This document shows, one piece after another, positions 47,158 through 57,592 of a DNA stretch of 64,000 nucleotides; the stretch's first letter is position 1, and the number at the start of each line of letters is the position of its first letter. This DNA comes from Histomonas meleagridis 2922-C6/04-290x (lineage: Eukaryota; Protista; Parabasalia). The stretch is from NCBI GenBank assembly GCA_020184695.1, contig JAANOX010000002.1, positions 496,001-560,000 of the forward strand, read 5' to 3'. The notes below the pieces were generated by a model that was not told the DNA's origin, made no database searches, and worked only from the letters and a program-made list of their open reading frames with translations. Made by a program: the position numbers and the translations under genes.

Positions 47158-48930
47158 TTAATTTACTGTTTTAGTATCATCATCAATTTTTAAAGTACTT
47201 TCCAAGCAAACAATAGGCGACATGGACGTGTATCCGCTTTTTTCTTTAAAAGCTTCTTCATTTCTTGCATTTGTCAATTGCATTTCTTGTCCTGTATACG
47301 TCTTATGATTCCAATCTTTATTTTCTTTTTGATCCGTATACAAAAACGCCGTTGTATATTCCACTTGCAATGGACTCAAAGCCAAAGCTCTCGACACTTC
47401 GTTATAAGTTTCGAAATACATTACGACTTCGAATCTATTTAAGTTACATCTAAAACGAATTTTCGTTTCATCAATTGCGAAGTTAAATCCAGAGAATAAT
47501 TCCCTTATAAACAAAGGATTCAGATGTCTCCGACTTACAAGTCCTGACATTATCACTGGCGGTGGAACTTTATTTTCATCTGCTTTTTGTAATTCAGCAA
47601 TTTTTACTTCTGATTGTTCTTTAGCTTTTTGTTGTTCTTCATTATATATATCATATACTTCATTACGTATAAATGAACTAAGTATTGGCGCAAATAATCG
47701 TTCGGACATTTCGCGTATTGCAATTTCTTTACGTTGTCGCATCGCTGCAAGTTTTTGTCGTTCCTCATTTCGTTGCTTTTGTAATTTTTCATCGCGTATT
47801 CGTTTTTGATACGCTTTTTTCTTGTTTTGGAGAATAGGCCGAATAATTTGTGGGCATTGAGCTCTTGCAAAACTTATCATTAATTGTTTCGCAATAGATG
47901 AAAATATACGCCCGCGAAGTGCGCTCGGAATAAGTTCGATGTATGGAATAAGTTTTGGTTTAGCTGAACGTGGCGGCTTAGAATTGTTTGTATTCGTTAT
48001 TGTATCTAAAAATTCTTCAATAGCTTGTGAAGGAAGTGTCGATTCCGCAATGGTAATTGTTGGTTTGTCTGTGTTTGATTTCGTTTGTTTGATTGGCTTT
48101 GGATTTGTATCTGGTAAATTTGTTTGAGATGTTGTAATGGGTGATCGAGTTTCCGGTTTTCGCTTTGACTTCGGCTCTTTCTGCTTTAGGTACATGTCGA
48201 GAATGTTATTGGAAAGCTCATCAATTGCCATCTGGTGAAGACGCTCATCAAAACTGTCGACCGTTATCGGCGGCGGTTTGGGAATGTGAAGTTTCATCAG
48301 ATGTGTCAAAACCGGCGAAGGAATTCCTTTGTAAGAGACTTCGATCTCGTCGTCGTCTGTGTAAATTTCGTCTTTGATGAGGTCGTTATCAATTGGTGGC
48401 GCAGCAATGTGTGGAATACCTTTCTGAGATGTTAAACTTAAACCTTCTGTTGGATATGAAACAAGACTTTGATATTGAAGTTTACTTAGAATTCCATACA
48501 TATAATTTTCATCATCATTAAAAAAATCAAAAACATTCTCTAATAGTTCTGGTAATTGTTTAACATGATATAACATAAAATGATTTTCTTTTTCATTATA
48601 GGAAATGGATTCATTACATAAGTCGCACATAAATTTGGTGGTAGAAACACGTGTTGTATATTGTTCTATCATTGAAAAAAATAATTTTTGAAATGTATTT
48701 GAATATTCGGCTAAATGAGGTGGCGCTTTAATTTCGATATTTGAGTTTTGATAGAATGAAAAAACATTCTCAGATAGGTTATGACGAAAAATTTGATTTT
48801 CTGGATTTTTTGGTTGATTTCGGTAAAAAAGAAAAGAAGAAACAGGATCATTTTGTTCTAGTCCATAAAAGAAATTTGAGTCCTTATCAGGTCTATTTCT
48901 AAATTGCTCAAGGAATGTTGTAGAATTCAC
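47158..48930 (-). CDS. Hypothetical protein with a C2H2-like motif and coiled coil (start uncertain)
   Basis: 590-codon open frame; CDLC...HFMLYH; K/E/Q/R coiled coil. The first in-frame ATG lies about 86 codons inside. Confidence 0.72.
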   Translation of the reverse strand: MNSTTFLEQFRNRPDKDSNFFYGLEQNDPVSSFLFYRNQPKNPENQIFRHNLSENVFSFYQNSNIEIKAPPHLAEYSNTFQKLFFSMIEQYTTRVSTTKFMCDLCNESISYNEKENHFMLYHVKQLPELLENVFDFFNDDENYMYGILSKLQYQSLVSYPTEGLSLTSQKGIPHIAAPPIDNDLIKDEIYTDDDEIEVSYKGIPSPVLTHLMKLHIPKPPPITVDSFDERLHQMAIDELSNNILDMYLKQKEPKSKRKPETRSPITTSQTNLPDTNPKPIKQTKSNTDKPTITIAESTLPSQAIEEFLDTITNTNNSKPPRSAKPKLIPYIELIPSALRGRIFSSIAKQLMISFARAQCPQIIRPILQNKKKAYQKRIRDEKLQKQRNEERQKLAAMRQRKEIAIREMSERLFAPILSSFIRNEVYDIYNEEQQKAKEQSEVKIAELQKADENKVPPPVIMSGLVSRRHLNPLFIRELFSGFNFAIDETKIRFRCNLNRFEVVMYFETYNEVSRALALSPLQVEYTTAFLYTDQKENKDWNHKTYTGQEMQLTNARNEEAFKEKSGYTSMSPIVCLESTLKIDDDTKTVN

Positions 48931-49282
48931 TTTGTTGGTAGGACAAGGAAATAATCGTTGTCAATTCAAAGTTTCACGGTTATTCCATTAAATTTTTCAG
49001 TTTTGTGTAAAATAGTGAATTAATTTGAATTTTTTCTTTTAGATTTTTTGCTATATTTGTTATTAAATTCATCAAAACTATATTTCATTACAAATAAAAA
49101 AATACTTATTGAGACCAATTGTTACAAACGCCAAAAACAATTTTTTTTATATATTCACATTTGATGAAATTTGAATTTATAGCAAACATAAGAAGTAACT
49201 AAACATAGGAAATCACTTTTAAAATGCATTTAGGTGTTAAAAATGTTTTTTAAGTTAAAGTTGTTGGTTTTTACTTTTGATT

Positions 49283-49987
49283 TTACTCGACAACCACTTG
49301 GCACAACTTTTGATACCTTTGCTTGTAGCGGTCGATTTGCTCATCATGAAAATCGTTAACTTTTGCAATGGCTTCATCGAATTGATCTGCAAGTTTCAAC
49401 ATTTTTTCTGCTTCTTGGATTCTTAGATTTATAACAGCTGTCATTGGTGTTACGAATGATTCGATAAACTGTTCTTTATATGGTTGTTCTTTCTCTTCTA
49501 ATGATTTTTGTTGATCATTTGCACTATTTGTGTCTTCTTCTGCCTTTCTTTGAGCAGTGGAAAATGCTGCCTCTGCTTTAGTTATGTCAGGTACTTTACC
49601 TGATGCTTTAGCTTTGTTATACGCAGCTTCTTTCTTTTTAGCATCTTCTCTGCTTTTCTTGGCTATCTCTTGGGCTTGCTTGCAGAGGTCTCTCCACTTG
49701 TTGATTTCAATTTCTTGGTGAAGCAACGGTTGTAAATCATTAGCAAAATTGGAAACGGCAACAAAGCTATCCTTAATGATATTTGTTTCTTGGATTCCGC
49801 ATTCTACTATATCTTTTAAACCTGTTTGTAAATCTCCTAGTTGCTGACTTGCAAAAGTTTTGAAATCTTCACTAAAGGCTTTTGTGTTTCCATCAATCAT
49901 TATTTGTTCTGCCTTCTTTTGTGACTCAACAGAAGTCACTGTTTCATGAAACTCTGGGAAATGGCGCATCTTATTGAAGAAACTCAT
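49283..49987 (-). CDS. Coiled-coil (BAR-like) hypothetical protein
   Basis: 234-aa all-helical A/E/K-rich ORF with Inr-like TCACA before the ATG. Confidence 0.8.
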   Translation of the reverse strand: MSFFNKMRHFPEFHETVTSVESQKKAEQIMIDGNTKAFSEDFKTFASQQLGDLQTGLKDIVECGIQETNIIKDSFVAVSNFANDLQPLLHQEIEINKWRDLCKQAQEIAKKSREDAKKKEAAYNKAKASGKVPDITKAEAAFSTAQRKAEEDTNSANDQQKSLEEKEQPYKEQFIESFVTPMTAVINLRIQEAEKMLKLADQFDEAIAKVNDFHDEQIDRYKQRYQKLCQVVVE

Positions 49988-50200
49988 TTTGCGGTGTGAA
50001 AACCGTTAATGTGACGGTTTTATTGTTGTAAAAAATTGAAAAATTATTAACGGTTGTCTTAATTAAAAAAATTAAAATTTTTTGTTTCTTCTTAAAATTA
50101 AATCCGAGAAAAAATCATCACTTAATAATGCAGACATTGGCATTGAAATAAAACAAGCAACTTTCTATTTTATTGATTCTAATTTATATTACATAGATTT

Positions 50201-51064
50201 TCAGAACCCAAGCGAGTCCAGTGACGATTTTGGCTTTGAGACAGAAGGGCCTTTGCTCCGAAGTTGACTTATTGGCTTCGCCTTAATTTCTAAATTAATT
50301 TTAGTTATTGATGGTTGAGGAGTTGGTATTTTTGTTACATTTACTGGAGCAATATTCACTTGCCTGCTGTGAAAAGCCTCATTCCAAGGAATCGGAGCAA
50401 ATGTAGTGTTTTCGATATCTGGAAAATTAATCAATTTTTCATGATCAATTGTAGCAAGTTGGCAAAACACATCAACTGTCTTCTGTGATAGTTCTTCAGA
50501 AAGAACGGCAATGGAAGCTGAAAGAGAAGTATATATTACTGGAAAATGCAAAAACAAAGAAGGATGCATTTCTTGTGTTAGCTGTTCAATTAAATTTTTG
50601 GACATGTCAATAATTGAAAACAGAAGCTCGATACAGGCTAAGCATCGCCATTGAAGAGATATGAATGAAGGATAAATCAAAAGTGAGCCTGGTGAAAGCT
50701 TAGTCATGGAAATGTCTGCACATATTTCAGATAGTTTGAGAGATTGGAATTTTTTTAATATTTGCCTGAGTTTTTTTAATGTTCGAAGATAAGGAAAACT
50801 TCGTATTTGATGTTTTGACTGTGTGTAAATTTTGTTCAATAGTTTGTACTCCGAAGAAAGACGCTTGAAAATATCGAGCTGAGAAAAATTATATAAAATT
50901 GAGCTGAGAAGCTGCAATGATTCTTGATTAACTTTCCTTTGCTTTACTTGTTGGGTTCCAACTTCATCATGTTTTGGGTTTGTAAACCATCTGTTCAAGT
51001 CATACTGTATTTTAAGACTTGATTCTTTGATCCATTCCATTTGGGATTTCATATAACATTTCAT
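50201..51064 (-). CDS. Hypothetical protein, possibly RMP1/NEPRO-like (DUF4477) RNase MRP subunit
   Basis: EYKLLNKIYTQSKHQIRSFPYLRTLKKLRQILKKF resembles ExxLLxRxxYKNKNQHRxxxYFxxLxxVRRxL; later FLHFPVIYTSLSASIAVL. The CDS is solid; the family call is tentative. Confidence 0.55.
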   Translation of the reverse strand: MKCYMKSQMEWIKESSLKIQYDLNRWFTNPKHDEVGTQQVKQRKVNQESLQLLSSILYNFSQLDIFKRLSSEYKLLNKIYTQSKHQIRSFPYLRTLKKLRQILKKFQSLKLSEICADISMTKLSPGSLLIYPSFISLQWRCLACIELLFSIIDMSKNLIEQLTQEMHPSLFLHFPVIYTSLSASIAVLSEELSQKTVDVFCQLATIDHEKLINFPDIENTTFAPIPWNEAFHSRQVNIAPVNVTKIPTPQPSITKINLEIKAKPISQLRSKGPSVSKPKSSLDSLGF

Positions 51065-51559
51065 AAATCCTACAATAAGGGTGTCCCAAATTATTTAAAA
51101 CGATAAAGGTGTCCGTTAATTTCGATGCTTGGAAAACTGTTAATTTACTGACTCTTATAAATAGTATTAAAATAATTGAAACACATTTCATTTTCCATCC
51201 TTAAAATGCCTTCTTGCGTAATACCTGTATCAATCCATTTATGTGGTATTTGTTTACTTGTCAAGTAATCGAATTTTTGTCGCTTATGAGTATTAGATAC
51301 TAATATAATTCTACCAAGAAGTGCTCTAAATCAATCAATCCAATGCGACCAATAGAAAAAGATTCTTTTACATTTGCTAAAATTTTAATAAATCTAAAAA
51401 AAATAATTTCCTAAATTTTGTTATTCAAGATCTGATCAAATTCAATTTCCAAATTTTAGATATCATTGCATCAGATGAATTTTAATATCTTCCAAGAATT
51501 TAATAAAATGTTTCATCAAAGGGAGGAAGAATTCAAGAAGAAAAAGAGATCGCTATTGA

Positions 51560-52190
51560 TATGGCAACACAAGTAGAAAATGCATTCAAGGAGTTGACAA
51601 GGTTTACTGTTGATGAATTTAATCAAATATATGTTCAAATTATTTAACTGCCAAATGTAGGGGGAGAAAATCAAAAACCTGGAGAACATGAAGATCAACG
51701 AAAAAATCGGTCGCCCAAGCATGGATACTATGGCGTCAAATTACAGGCATTGGTTGGTCCAAGCGGGATATGTACATCATTCTTTGGATTTACAAATGTG
51801 TCTGATCATAACATGTCCCGTATTTAATGCGAGCAACTGGCTTAATCAACTATTAACTTATACCCGAATTTTCCCCAATTGAGTTGTTGGAAGGTTTCAT
51901 TATCAAGTTTTATTTGATAAAGACTACACCGGGCTAAATTCACAAGGTTACGCCGAAGCAATTGTCACATTAAGAAAATATGTCGCAAAAGAACTCACTG
52001 AGCAAGGAAAGAACTATAACAATACCATTGGGTTCGATCGTGTTATTATTGTCGAAAACTTTTTTGAATGCTTAAAAGTCTTATTCGGTATTTTAGCGAA
52101 TAGATATCGTGGGGATCAAGAGCTGAATTTTGCGAAAATAATTAAAGTATACAATGCTCTGACTAATTTTTACAATGCACTTCACTAATT
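51560..52190 (+). mobile_element. Decayed Harbinger/IS5-like (DDE_Tnp_4) transposase
   Basis: KHGYYGVKLQALVGPSG, VLFDKDYTGL, DRVIIVENFFECLKVLFGILANRYRG. Confidence 0.75.
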
Positions 52191-52529
52191 GAGGGGAAAT
52201 CAGTAAAAATGATTATTTGAAATTTGATTTAAATTCAGGTTATTAATTACACATAAGCTATGGATACTCTTGTGATGGAGCAATATCAGCGTTTTGTACA
52301 AAAATTTTAGACTGATCTTATTAATAAAAAAATTAATCTTTTTTTTTTTTTTTTTTTGATAATGCATTTTAAAACTTATAGTACATAAATAGCTCATGAT
52401 GTTTTCATCAATGAAATATGATGGGAAAATAAAAATCTTTTTGGTGTTTATTGATAAATAGACCAAGAATCCAATATTGCACCTTTTTAGAGATGTTGCC
52501 ATGCATATATTATTTTTTATTATTAATTT

Positions 52530-54373
52530 TCATTTTTGCTGTTGAAGTAATTTCTCTATTTCTGTATAACCTTTTTGTGATGCTGTCATGAGCGCTGTCT
52601 TATGTAATTTAAGTAATTTCCAAATATTATTTTGAAACATAAGATGATTAAAATTAATATTAAGAAAAATAAATTAATATCTTTTTCATTAATGTTAATA
52701 TCTTTTTGTTCAAGAAGTAATTTAACTATTTCTATTTTACACTCTATGACTGAATAAATAAGTGCTGTGCGATATAATATGAAAAAATTCCAAATATTAG
52801 AATGAAATATAAAATCAAATAAAAAAACGTTAAATAAAACATTTAAATGTTTTTAGCATTAACATTGATTCCTTCTTTTGCAAGAAGTATTTTCACGATT
52901 TCTATGTGGCCTTTTAAAGATGCTAAAATAAGTGCTGTATAAAATGATCCAAATAATTTCCAAATATTTTTTCTAAATTGAAAATTTTCAAATTAAATAT
53001 TTTATAATATAAAAAAATATCTTTATCATTAATATCAATTTCTTTTTGTTCAACAAGTAATTCAACTATTTCTATAATATTTTTATCGACAACCAACATA
53101 AGTGCTGTTTTGTGTAATTTAAATAATTTTTAAATATTATTTTGATATATCAAATTATTATTAAATATATTAAATTAAATAAAAAAATATTTTTACCATT
53201 AATATCAATTCCTTTTTGTTCAAGAAGTAATTTAACTATATAATTATGTTGATTTATTGATGCTAACATCAGTAATGTATTAAATTTATAAAATAATTTC
53301 CAAATAATATATCAAAATATTATGTTTTTTTAAAAAGATTTTAAATAAAACATAAAAATATCTACAGGATTAAGATCTATCTCTTTTTGTTCAAGAAGTA
53401 ATTTGACAACTTTTTTGGCTCCTTCTTTAGTTGCTTTCATAAGTGCTGTTTTAAATTTTTTAAATAGTTTCCAAATATTATTTTGAAACATGAAATTGTT
53501 ATAACAAATATTTAATAAAATTATTGAATATTTTTAACATTTAGCTCAATTCCTTTTTGTTTAAGAAGTAATTTAACTATTTCTATGTAATCCTTTGAAG
53601 ATGCTTTAATAAGCGCTGTATTAAATAATTTAAATAAATTCCAAATATTATATTTAAATCCGAAATTTTTTAAATAAATTTTAAATAAAACAAATGAATA
53701 TCTTTAACATTAATATCAATTCCTTCTTGTTCAAGAAGAAATTGAACTATTTCATAATAACCTTTTTTGGATGCAATTATAAGTGTTGTTTCAAATATAT
53801 TTAATAATTTCCAAACAAAATTTTGGGATTTTAAACTATTAAAATCAATATTAAATAAAATAAATAAATATTTTTAAGATTTACATCAGTTTCTTTTTTC
53901 TCAAAAAGTAATTTAATTACATCTATATGATTATTTTCTGTTGCTAATGTAAGTGCTGTATCATATAATTTAAATAATTTCCAAATATTATTTTTAAATC
54001 CAAAATTTTTAAAATAAATTTTAATTAAAATAAATAAATATCTTTTGCATTAATATCAATTCCTTCTTGATTAAGAAGTAATTTAACTATTTCTATGTAC
54101 CCATTTTTAGATGCAATGATAAATGCTTCTTGAAGTAAATCAAATAATTTCCAAATATTATTTTAAAATTCCAAAAATACAAAATAAATAATAATTAAAA
54201 CTAGTAAACATCTTTAACATTAGCAGAACTTTTTTCAAGAAACAATTTAACAATTTCAGTATAACCATTTTCAGCTGCATTGATAAGTGCTGATGTAAAT
54301 ATTTTAAACAATTACCAAATATTACGTTAAAAATCCAAATTTTTCAAACAAATCTCAACTTAAACAAAGATAC
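52530..54373 (-). repeat. Array of 11 ankyrin coding cassettes separated by fixed-length 68-nt non-coding spacers (170-nt period)
   Basis: Spacers (plus-strand coordinates): 54306-54373, 54142-54209, 53972-54039, 53802-53869, 53632-53699, 53462-53529, 53291-53359 (69 nt), 53121-53188, 52951-53018, 52781-52848, 52611-52678. Each intervening cassette is a stop-free ankyrin repeat (TAL..A...G..EIVKLLL.Q.GIDIN.KD): the first is 32 aa, nine are 34 aa, and the last ends EIEKLLQQQK* at 52530. Confidence 0.93.
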
Positions 54374-54376
54374 GCC

Positions 54377-55597
54377 TTATGTATTTAGATATATACCTTT
54401 TTGTTCCATAATAAATTTAACAAGTTCGATATTTCCTGATATTGCAGAAAAGACTATGATATTTTTTGGAATTGGTTTTACTTCAATAAAAAATTTAATA
54501 AGATATAAATTTCCAATTTTTGCAGCTTCATTAATTATAGTATCATTAATTTTCAATCCTTCTTGAAGTAAAAATGAAAAGATTTCATAGTTATTACACA
54601 AAACACATTTTATTCCTAATGGCTCCATATTATTAATTGTCTCAATTTTATTTTCATAAATATATTTAAAGATTTCGTTCCGATGAAACTCTATTGCTGT
54701 TTCATATGAATCATAAAATTTTGTATTATTTTGTAAACATAAATGAAAAATTTCAAGATTTCCACCTGCAATTGCATATTTACCAGTATTTCTTAAATTT
54801 GCTTCATTAAGTAATAAATATTTAAAACATTTAACAGCAGAAAAAAAAGCTGCATAATCAATTAATGTAATAGATTTATATTTTTCATTAATAAGTGAAT
54901 ATCTTTCATATAGTGATGGTTTAATTCTTTGATTAAAATTAAAATCATTTTGTGATGATATTTCTTGAAGTTTATCGATTTCATCATTTCGAATTATTTT
55001 TAATATTTCACTTGGATTAACTCCTTCTTTAACATATTGCTTATGAAGTTCCCAATCATTATTCGAAAGTTTTTGATAATTTTTTATGAAAGTTTTTATG
55101 AATGGATCATAAAATTTAGGACTATACTCATCGTGACATGGCTTAATAATTTCTTTTTTTATTTTATAATGCGCAAAATAATTTGAAGAAATGTTTTTGG
55201 TTATACTTGAATCAACAAAATTTTTTTCAATCATTTTCTCTATTAAATAATATGATTCTTGTGATTTGATTTTAAAAATAATATTAATAAATATTGGAAT
55301 AATATTTGGAGTTCTTTTGAAAATTTCCTCTTCTTTTGATTGAACTAATTCCATATAATTTATATATAAATCGATTTCATATCTTTGTGTGAGAAATCCA
55401 TAATAAATTAAATTTCCTATAATAATATCAAATGTAAATGGGATATTTGTATCAAAAAATTTCATTGTGTTTTGAACTGAAGAATCAATGTTTTTTTCAG
55501 TTAAATTAAGTATGATTTGTTGGAGCGAAATAAGTAATTCCATACAGTTGGAATTTGTAGTAATATTGTTTTGACTCTTGTTCCGAATGGAGTTCAT
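54377..55597 (-). CDS. DUF3447/ankyrin-repeat protein, N-terminal contiguous ORF
   Basis: LIDYAAFFSAVKCFKYLLLN (DUF3447-type), then ankyrin repeats; stops at TAA exactly where the spacer-interrupted array begins. Confidence 0.88.
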   Translation of the reverse strand: MNSIRNKSQNNITTNSNCMELLISLQQIILNLTEKNIDSSVQNTMKFFDTNIPFTFDIIIGNLIYYGFLTQRYEIDLYINYMELVQSKEEEIFKRTPNIIPIFINIIFKIKSQESYYLIEKMIEKNFVDSSITKNISSNYFAHYKIKKEIIKPCHDEYSPKFYDPFIKTFIKNYQKLSNNDWELHKQYVKEGVNPSEILKIIRNDEIDKLQEISSQNDFNFNQRIKPSLYERYSLINEKYKSITLIDYAAFFSAVKCFKYLLLNEANLRNTGKYAIAGGNLEIFHLCLQNNTKFYDSYETAIEFHRNEIFKYIYENKIETINNMEPLGIKCVLCNNYEIFSFLLQEGLKINDTIINEAAKIGNLYLIKFFIEVKPIPKNIIVFSAISGNIELVKFIMEQKGIYLNT

Positions 55598-55931
55598 TTA
55601 GAAAAACTGAGGCTAGCCGTTTATTTCAATAAAAATTTATAAATACTATTAGGATTTACTTATTTTTTAAACGTTAAAAAGGTTCAAAACAGTTGGTTTC
55701 TCTTTTTTAGTCTACTAATAAACTTTATTAATCAAATTTGTAAATGCCATCAGCTTAAACATAGAAAAATTTTTAACGAACTTTTAAAATAACCGAATTC
55801 TCTTTTATATATACACTAGGTAATGTTTAAAAAAGTCATTTATCCAAAACTCTTGGCAAGGTGCGAAATTTAACAAAAATGATTCCAAACATTCAATTCC
55901 ACTTTTTGATCGAATTTTTGTGGAAGCGGTT

Positions 55932-56969
55932 TTATTCGTTTAAAAATTTCAATAATTTTTCGACTGATTTAGCGCTGTTTTCGCTTTTCCCAACCTCGAA
56001 ATAAGCCATACCAGGATGCAAATATTTCAACTCACATAATGCTACTATTGTATGACAATTTCCAGTAAAAATGTGTCTAATTGAATCACTAAAATTTAAT
56101 GGTTGAATATTTTCTCTTTCACTTTTCCGGCCAAGCATTAATTGTGCAGATCCATTATTTCCAAAACAATGAATATCACCACCCTCATATGTAATGAAAC
56201 AAGTACAGTAACCAAATTCCATTGACTCAATCTTTTGACCATCAGATGGATGTACCTTCAACTTTTTTACCTTAGGTACGTTAGCGATGTATCCTACACC
56301 ATCCTCTCTCAGCGCTCCAATTAATTCAGCACGACCAAAAACGCGTTTAAAATTATAACTCGATAATTCACAAATAAGTTCAAAATCTTTACGACCTCTT
56401 GGGTTCATTGTGTAGTATCCATAAAGCTTTCCTTGAGTTGAAATTGCTAAAGCGCTTTTCTTTCCACCACAAACATCATATGCTGGCATTGGAAGTTGGA
56501 AATGTAAAACGACATCCGGTGTATGGATCTTTTTCAACTTGTGGATTACTCCGTCTTTGTCGATCATGTATGGCTTACTTGCAGCTCCTGATAAGTATAC
56601 AATATTTTTCATCAATAATTTCCCAGTATGTAAATAAACATTACCATTAACAGTTAAAAACGCCGAAAATTTCATTCCAGCATAAACCCATTTCACAGGT
56701 TCATTATTTGGAATTGGAATTAAAATTGGTATTTTTGAGTTTCCTTCTCCTTTCTCTAAAAAGAATTGTTTTGCTCCTACACCATAAACAGTTCCATCGC
56801 TATATAAAAATAATGTATGATCACATCCAAGTGAAATAAAAAGAAGATTTGATGTTTCAATATCAATAACTTTTGGTTCAATCACACATGGATCATCTTC
56901 ATTGTCCCGTCCATTACTTTCTGTTGCAAGTTGATATGAGGAGTTATACCCTGCAACAACCAATGACAT
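55932..56969 (-). CDS. RCC1/BLIP-II beta-propeller repeat protein
   Basis: AGYNSSYQL, ISLGCDHTLFL, VYAGMKFSAFLT, FGNNGSAQL, TGNCHTI. Confidence 0.82.
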   Translation of the reverse strand: MSLVVAGYNSSYQLATESNGRDNEDDPCVIEPKVIDIETSNLLFISLGCDHTLFLYSDGTVYGVGAKQFFLEKGEGNSKIPILIPIPNNEPVKWVYAGMKFSAFLTVNGNVYLHTGKLLMKNIVYLSGAASKPYMIDKDGVIHKLKKIHTPDVVLHFQLPMPAYDVCGGKKSALAISTQGKLYGYYTMNPRGRKDFELICELSSYNFKRVFGRAELIGALREDGVGYIANVPKVKKLKVHPSDGQKIESMEFGYCTCFITYEGGDIHCFGNNGSAQLMLGRKSERENIQPLNFSDSIRHIFTGNCHTIVALCELKYLHPGMAYFEVGKSENSAKSVEKLLKFLNE

Positions 56970-57592
56970 CTAAAATCACAAAATCTTTGATATTGAAATA
57001 AAATTTTTATGCAAATTCATATCTGTCTTCAATTTATGTTTTTGTTGAAAATTTTCGCAACGTCTAAAATCTTTTCCTGCATTTATTACAGACATCTTAT
57101 ATTAAATAATTACACTACTTCATTTTTTAGATTAAATTATTATGTTTGTTTTTATTAATATATTATTAAGATTAAAAAAAAAAAAATCAAATTTATTTTA
57201 AATATCATCACAATAATCAGAAACTTATTCATAAATATAAACATAACAAAAAACTGTTGACAATAAGTTTATTTAAGCTAGTAAACAGATTACGATAAAT
57301 AAAATTGCCGATATTTAATGTTATGTATCATAGAACACATTTTATTAATCAAAATATTGAAAAATAATGTAACTCATGCATTTAACATTTATTTGCATGA
57401 AATATTAAATTATTTTTTCATTAATTTTTTTGCTTTCGTCAACCGCTTTCTCTGTATACATATTTACATTCAACACTAAATCAAAGAAATTGTATCCTTC
57501 AAATGTTCAAAAAGTTTTATCATAAGTTTCGCCTTTAATTCCTTTGAGCAAAATCAAAAGAAATTGTTCACCAAAACGTATAAATAATTTCT

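Noticed and set aside
51078-51096. AGGGTGTCCCAAA resembling a Tc-type terminus
   Set aside because: No matching inverted partner found in the window.
52530-54373. CRISPR-like or satellite interpretation of the 170-nt period
   Set aside because: The conserved part encodes ankyrin repeats, the spacers are mutually homologous, the genome is eukaryotic and there are no cas genes.
52611-54373. Canonical GT-AG or AT-AC introns, or a simple -1 frameshift, as the explanation of the spacers
   Set aside because: No AG/AC acceptor or CTAAC branch motif in any register; nine of eleven lack GT; most spacers have in-frame stops well before the next cassette.
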